From Chloroflexota bacterium (lineage in GTDB: Bacteria > Chloroflexota > UBA11872 > UBA12225 > JAJDUF01), in NCBI GenBank assembly GCA_965238265.1, contig OZ250185.1:4217497-4281496 (forward strand): DNA of 64,000 nt, written 5' to 3'. The notes under the pieces were generated by a model, which was given only the letters and a program-made list of their open reading frames with translations, made no database searches and was not told the origin of the DNA. The stretch's first letter is position 1; the number at the start of each line of letters is the position of its first letter. Positions 62,970 through 64,000 of the stretch are shown here, piece by piece. The position numbers and the translations under genes were made by a program.

Positions 62970-63836
62970 ATGGTGGCGGAAACCACCGATGAGCGAGCGC
63001 GACCGCTCGCTGCGGAGGAGCCGGCGGCCGTCGCGCGCGCCTCTCCCCGCTGGCTGCGGTCCCTCAAGCAGCGGGCGGGTGACTGGATGTGGCCCATCAT
63101 CGGGCTGCTCGTCGGTCTGGTCATCTGGCACATCGGGGCGAGTATCTGGGCCACGCGCTTCCCCATTGCGGCGTCATTCCTGCCCCAGCGCACCTTCGCA
63201 GACGCCGCGCGGCTCGTGAGCACCGGCGTGCTCTGGCCCCATATGGTGGCCTCGCTGCTCCGCGTGGGCATTGGCTTGGCGCTGGCCGTCGCCATCGGCG
63301 TGCCGGTGGGTCTGATGATCGGCTACTGGCGCCGGTTGGAGCTGGGCACTTCCGCCCTGTTCCAGTTCATCCGCATGATCTCGCCGCTGGCTTGGATGCC
63401 CGTAGCGATCATGCTCTTCGGCGTAGGCGACCGGCCTATCTACTTTCTCCTCGCCGTAGCGGCGATCTGGCCTATTCTCATCAATACCGCTACCGGGGTG
63501 AGCCACGTGGATCGCCAGTGGATCCGCGCGGCCCGCGCCCTGGGCGCGAATGAATGGGCGGTGCTGCGGCGCGTGGTCATGCCGGCCATCACCCCCGACG
63601 TGCTCACGGGCCTGCGGCTGGCGGTGGGGGTGGCGTGGCTGGTGTTGGTGCCGGCCGAGATGCTGGGAGTCAACAACGGCTTGGGCTACTACATCCTGGA
63701 TACCCGCGACCGCTTCAGTTACGGCGAGTTGATGACGATCATCTTGATTATTGGTGTGATCGGCTACACGTTGGACGCCATTATCCAACGTCTGCGCTAT
63801 CGCTTCTCCTGGACCTTAGGTATTCGCGACGCATGA
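62970..63836 (+). CDS. Nitrate/sulfonate ABC transporter permease
   Basis: SLLRV, ISPLAW, RAARALGA, LVPAEM. Confidence 0.92.
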   Translation: MVAETTDERARPLAAEEPAAVARASPRWLRSLKQRAGDWMWPIIGLLVGLVIWHIGASIWATRFPIAASFLPQRTFADAARLVSTGVLWPHMVASLLRVGIGLALAVAIGVPVGLMIGYWRRLELGTSALFQFIRMISPLAWMPVAIMLFGVGDRPIYFLLAVAAIWPILINTATGVSHVDRQWIRAARALGANEWAVLRRVVMPAITPDVLTGLRLAVGVAWLVLVPAEMLGVNNGLGYYILDTRDRFSYGELMTIILIIGVIGYTLDAIIQRLRYRFSWTLGIRDA

Positions 63837-64000
63837 GTAGCACAACGGTGGACTCGGTACCGACGGAGCGCCTCACGACCGACGTGCTCGTCATCGGCGG
63901 CGGGCTGGCCGGCCTGTGGGCCGCGATCCGCGCACGCGAGCAGGGCCAACGGGTCTTGCTCGTGGAGAAGGGATTTGCCGGCGCCAGCGGGTGCAGCGTG
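63833..64000 (+). CDS. FAD-binding flavoprotein (SdhA/AprA-like N-terminus), truncated by the window end
   Basis: TDVLVIGGGLAGLWAAIRARE...LVEKG..G.SGCS; ATGA overlap with the permease. Confidence 0.8.
   Translation, partial: MSSTTVDSVPTERLTTDVLVIGGGLAGLWAAIRAREQGQRVLLVEKGFAGASGCSV

Overview
GC-rich bacterial chromosome segment, most consistent with Chloroflexota (inferred from an unlinked 23S-5S operon, a CIRCE-controlled orphan groEL, an F420-type LLM enzyme and several GT-C membrane glycosyltransferases). Core genes: groEL, lgt, a NuoE-NuoF fusion, an IscA/HesB protein, tRNA-Pro, a K+ channel, ABC transporters and sugar-acid catabolism genes. Intergenic spaces carry many REP-like palindromes. 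Accessory patches: broken toxin-antitoxin modules, a nucleotidyltransferase-like two-gene cassette plus a diverged partial second copy, an IS-interrupted restriction endonuclease, and four decayed IS elements. Best leads: (1) a VTC polyphosphate-polymerase + DUF4956 + secreted multi-CotH-kinase locus (48.2-58.2 kb); (2) two tandem UxaA/GarD-family dehydratases that have lost complementary motif sets, suggesting an obligate heterodimer; (3) the NTase-like cassette as a candidate defence/TA system; (4) an apparent A:T->C:G mutation bias in all dead IS copies; (5) REP elements translated in frame inside glycosyltransferase loops. All family calls come from motif recognition by eye; no database searches were run.
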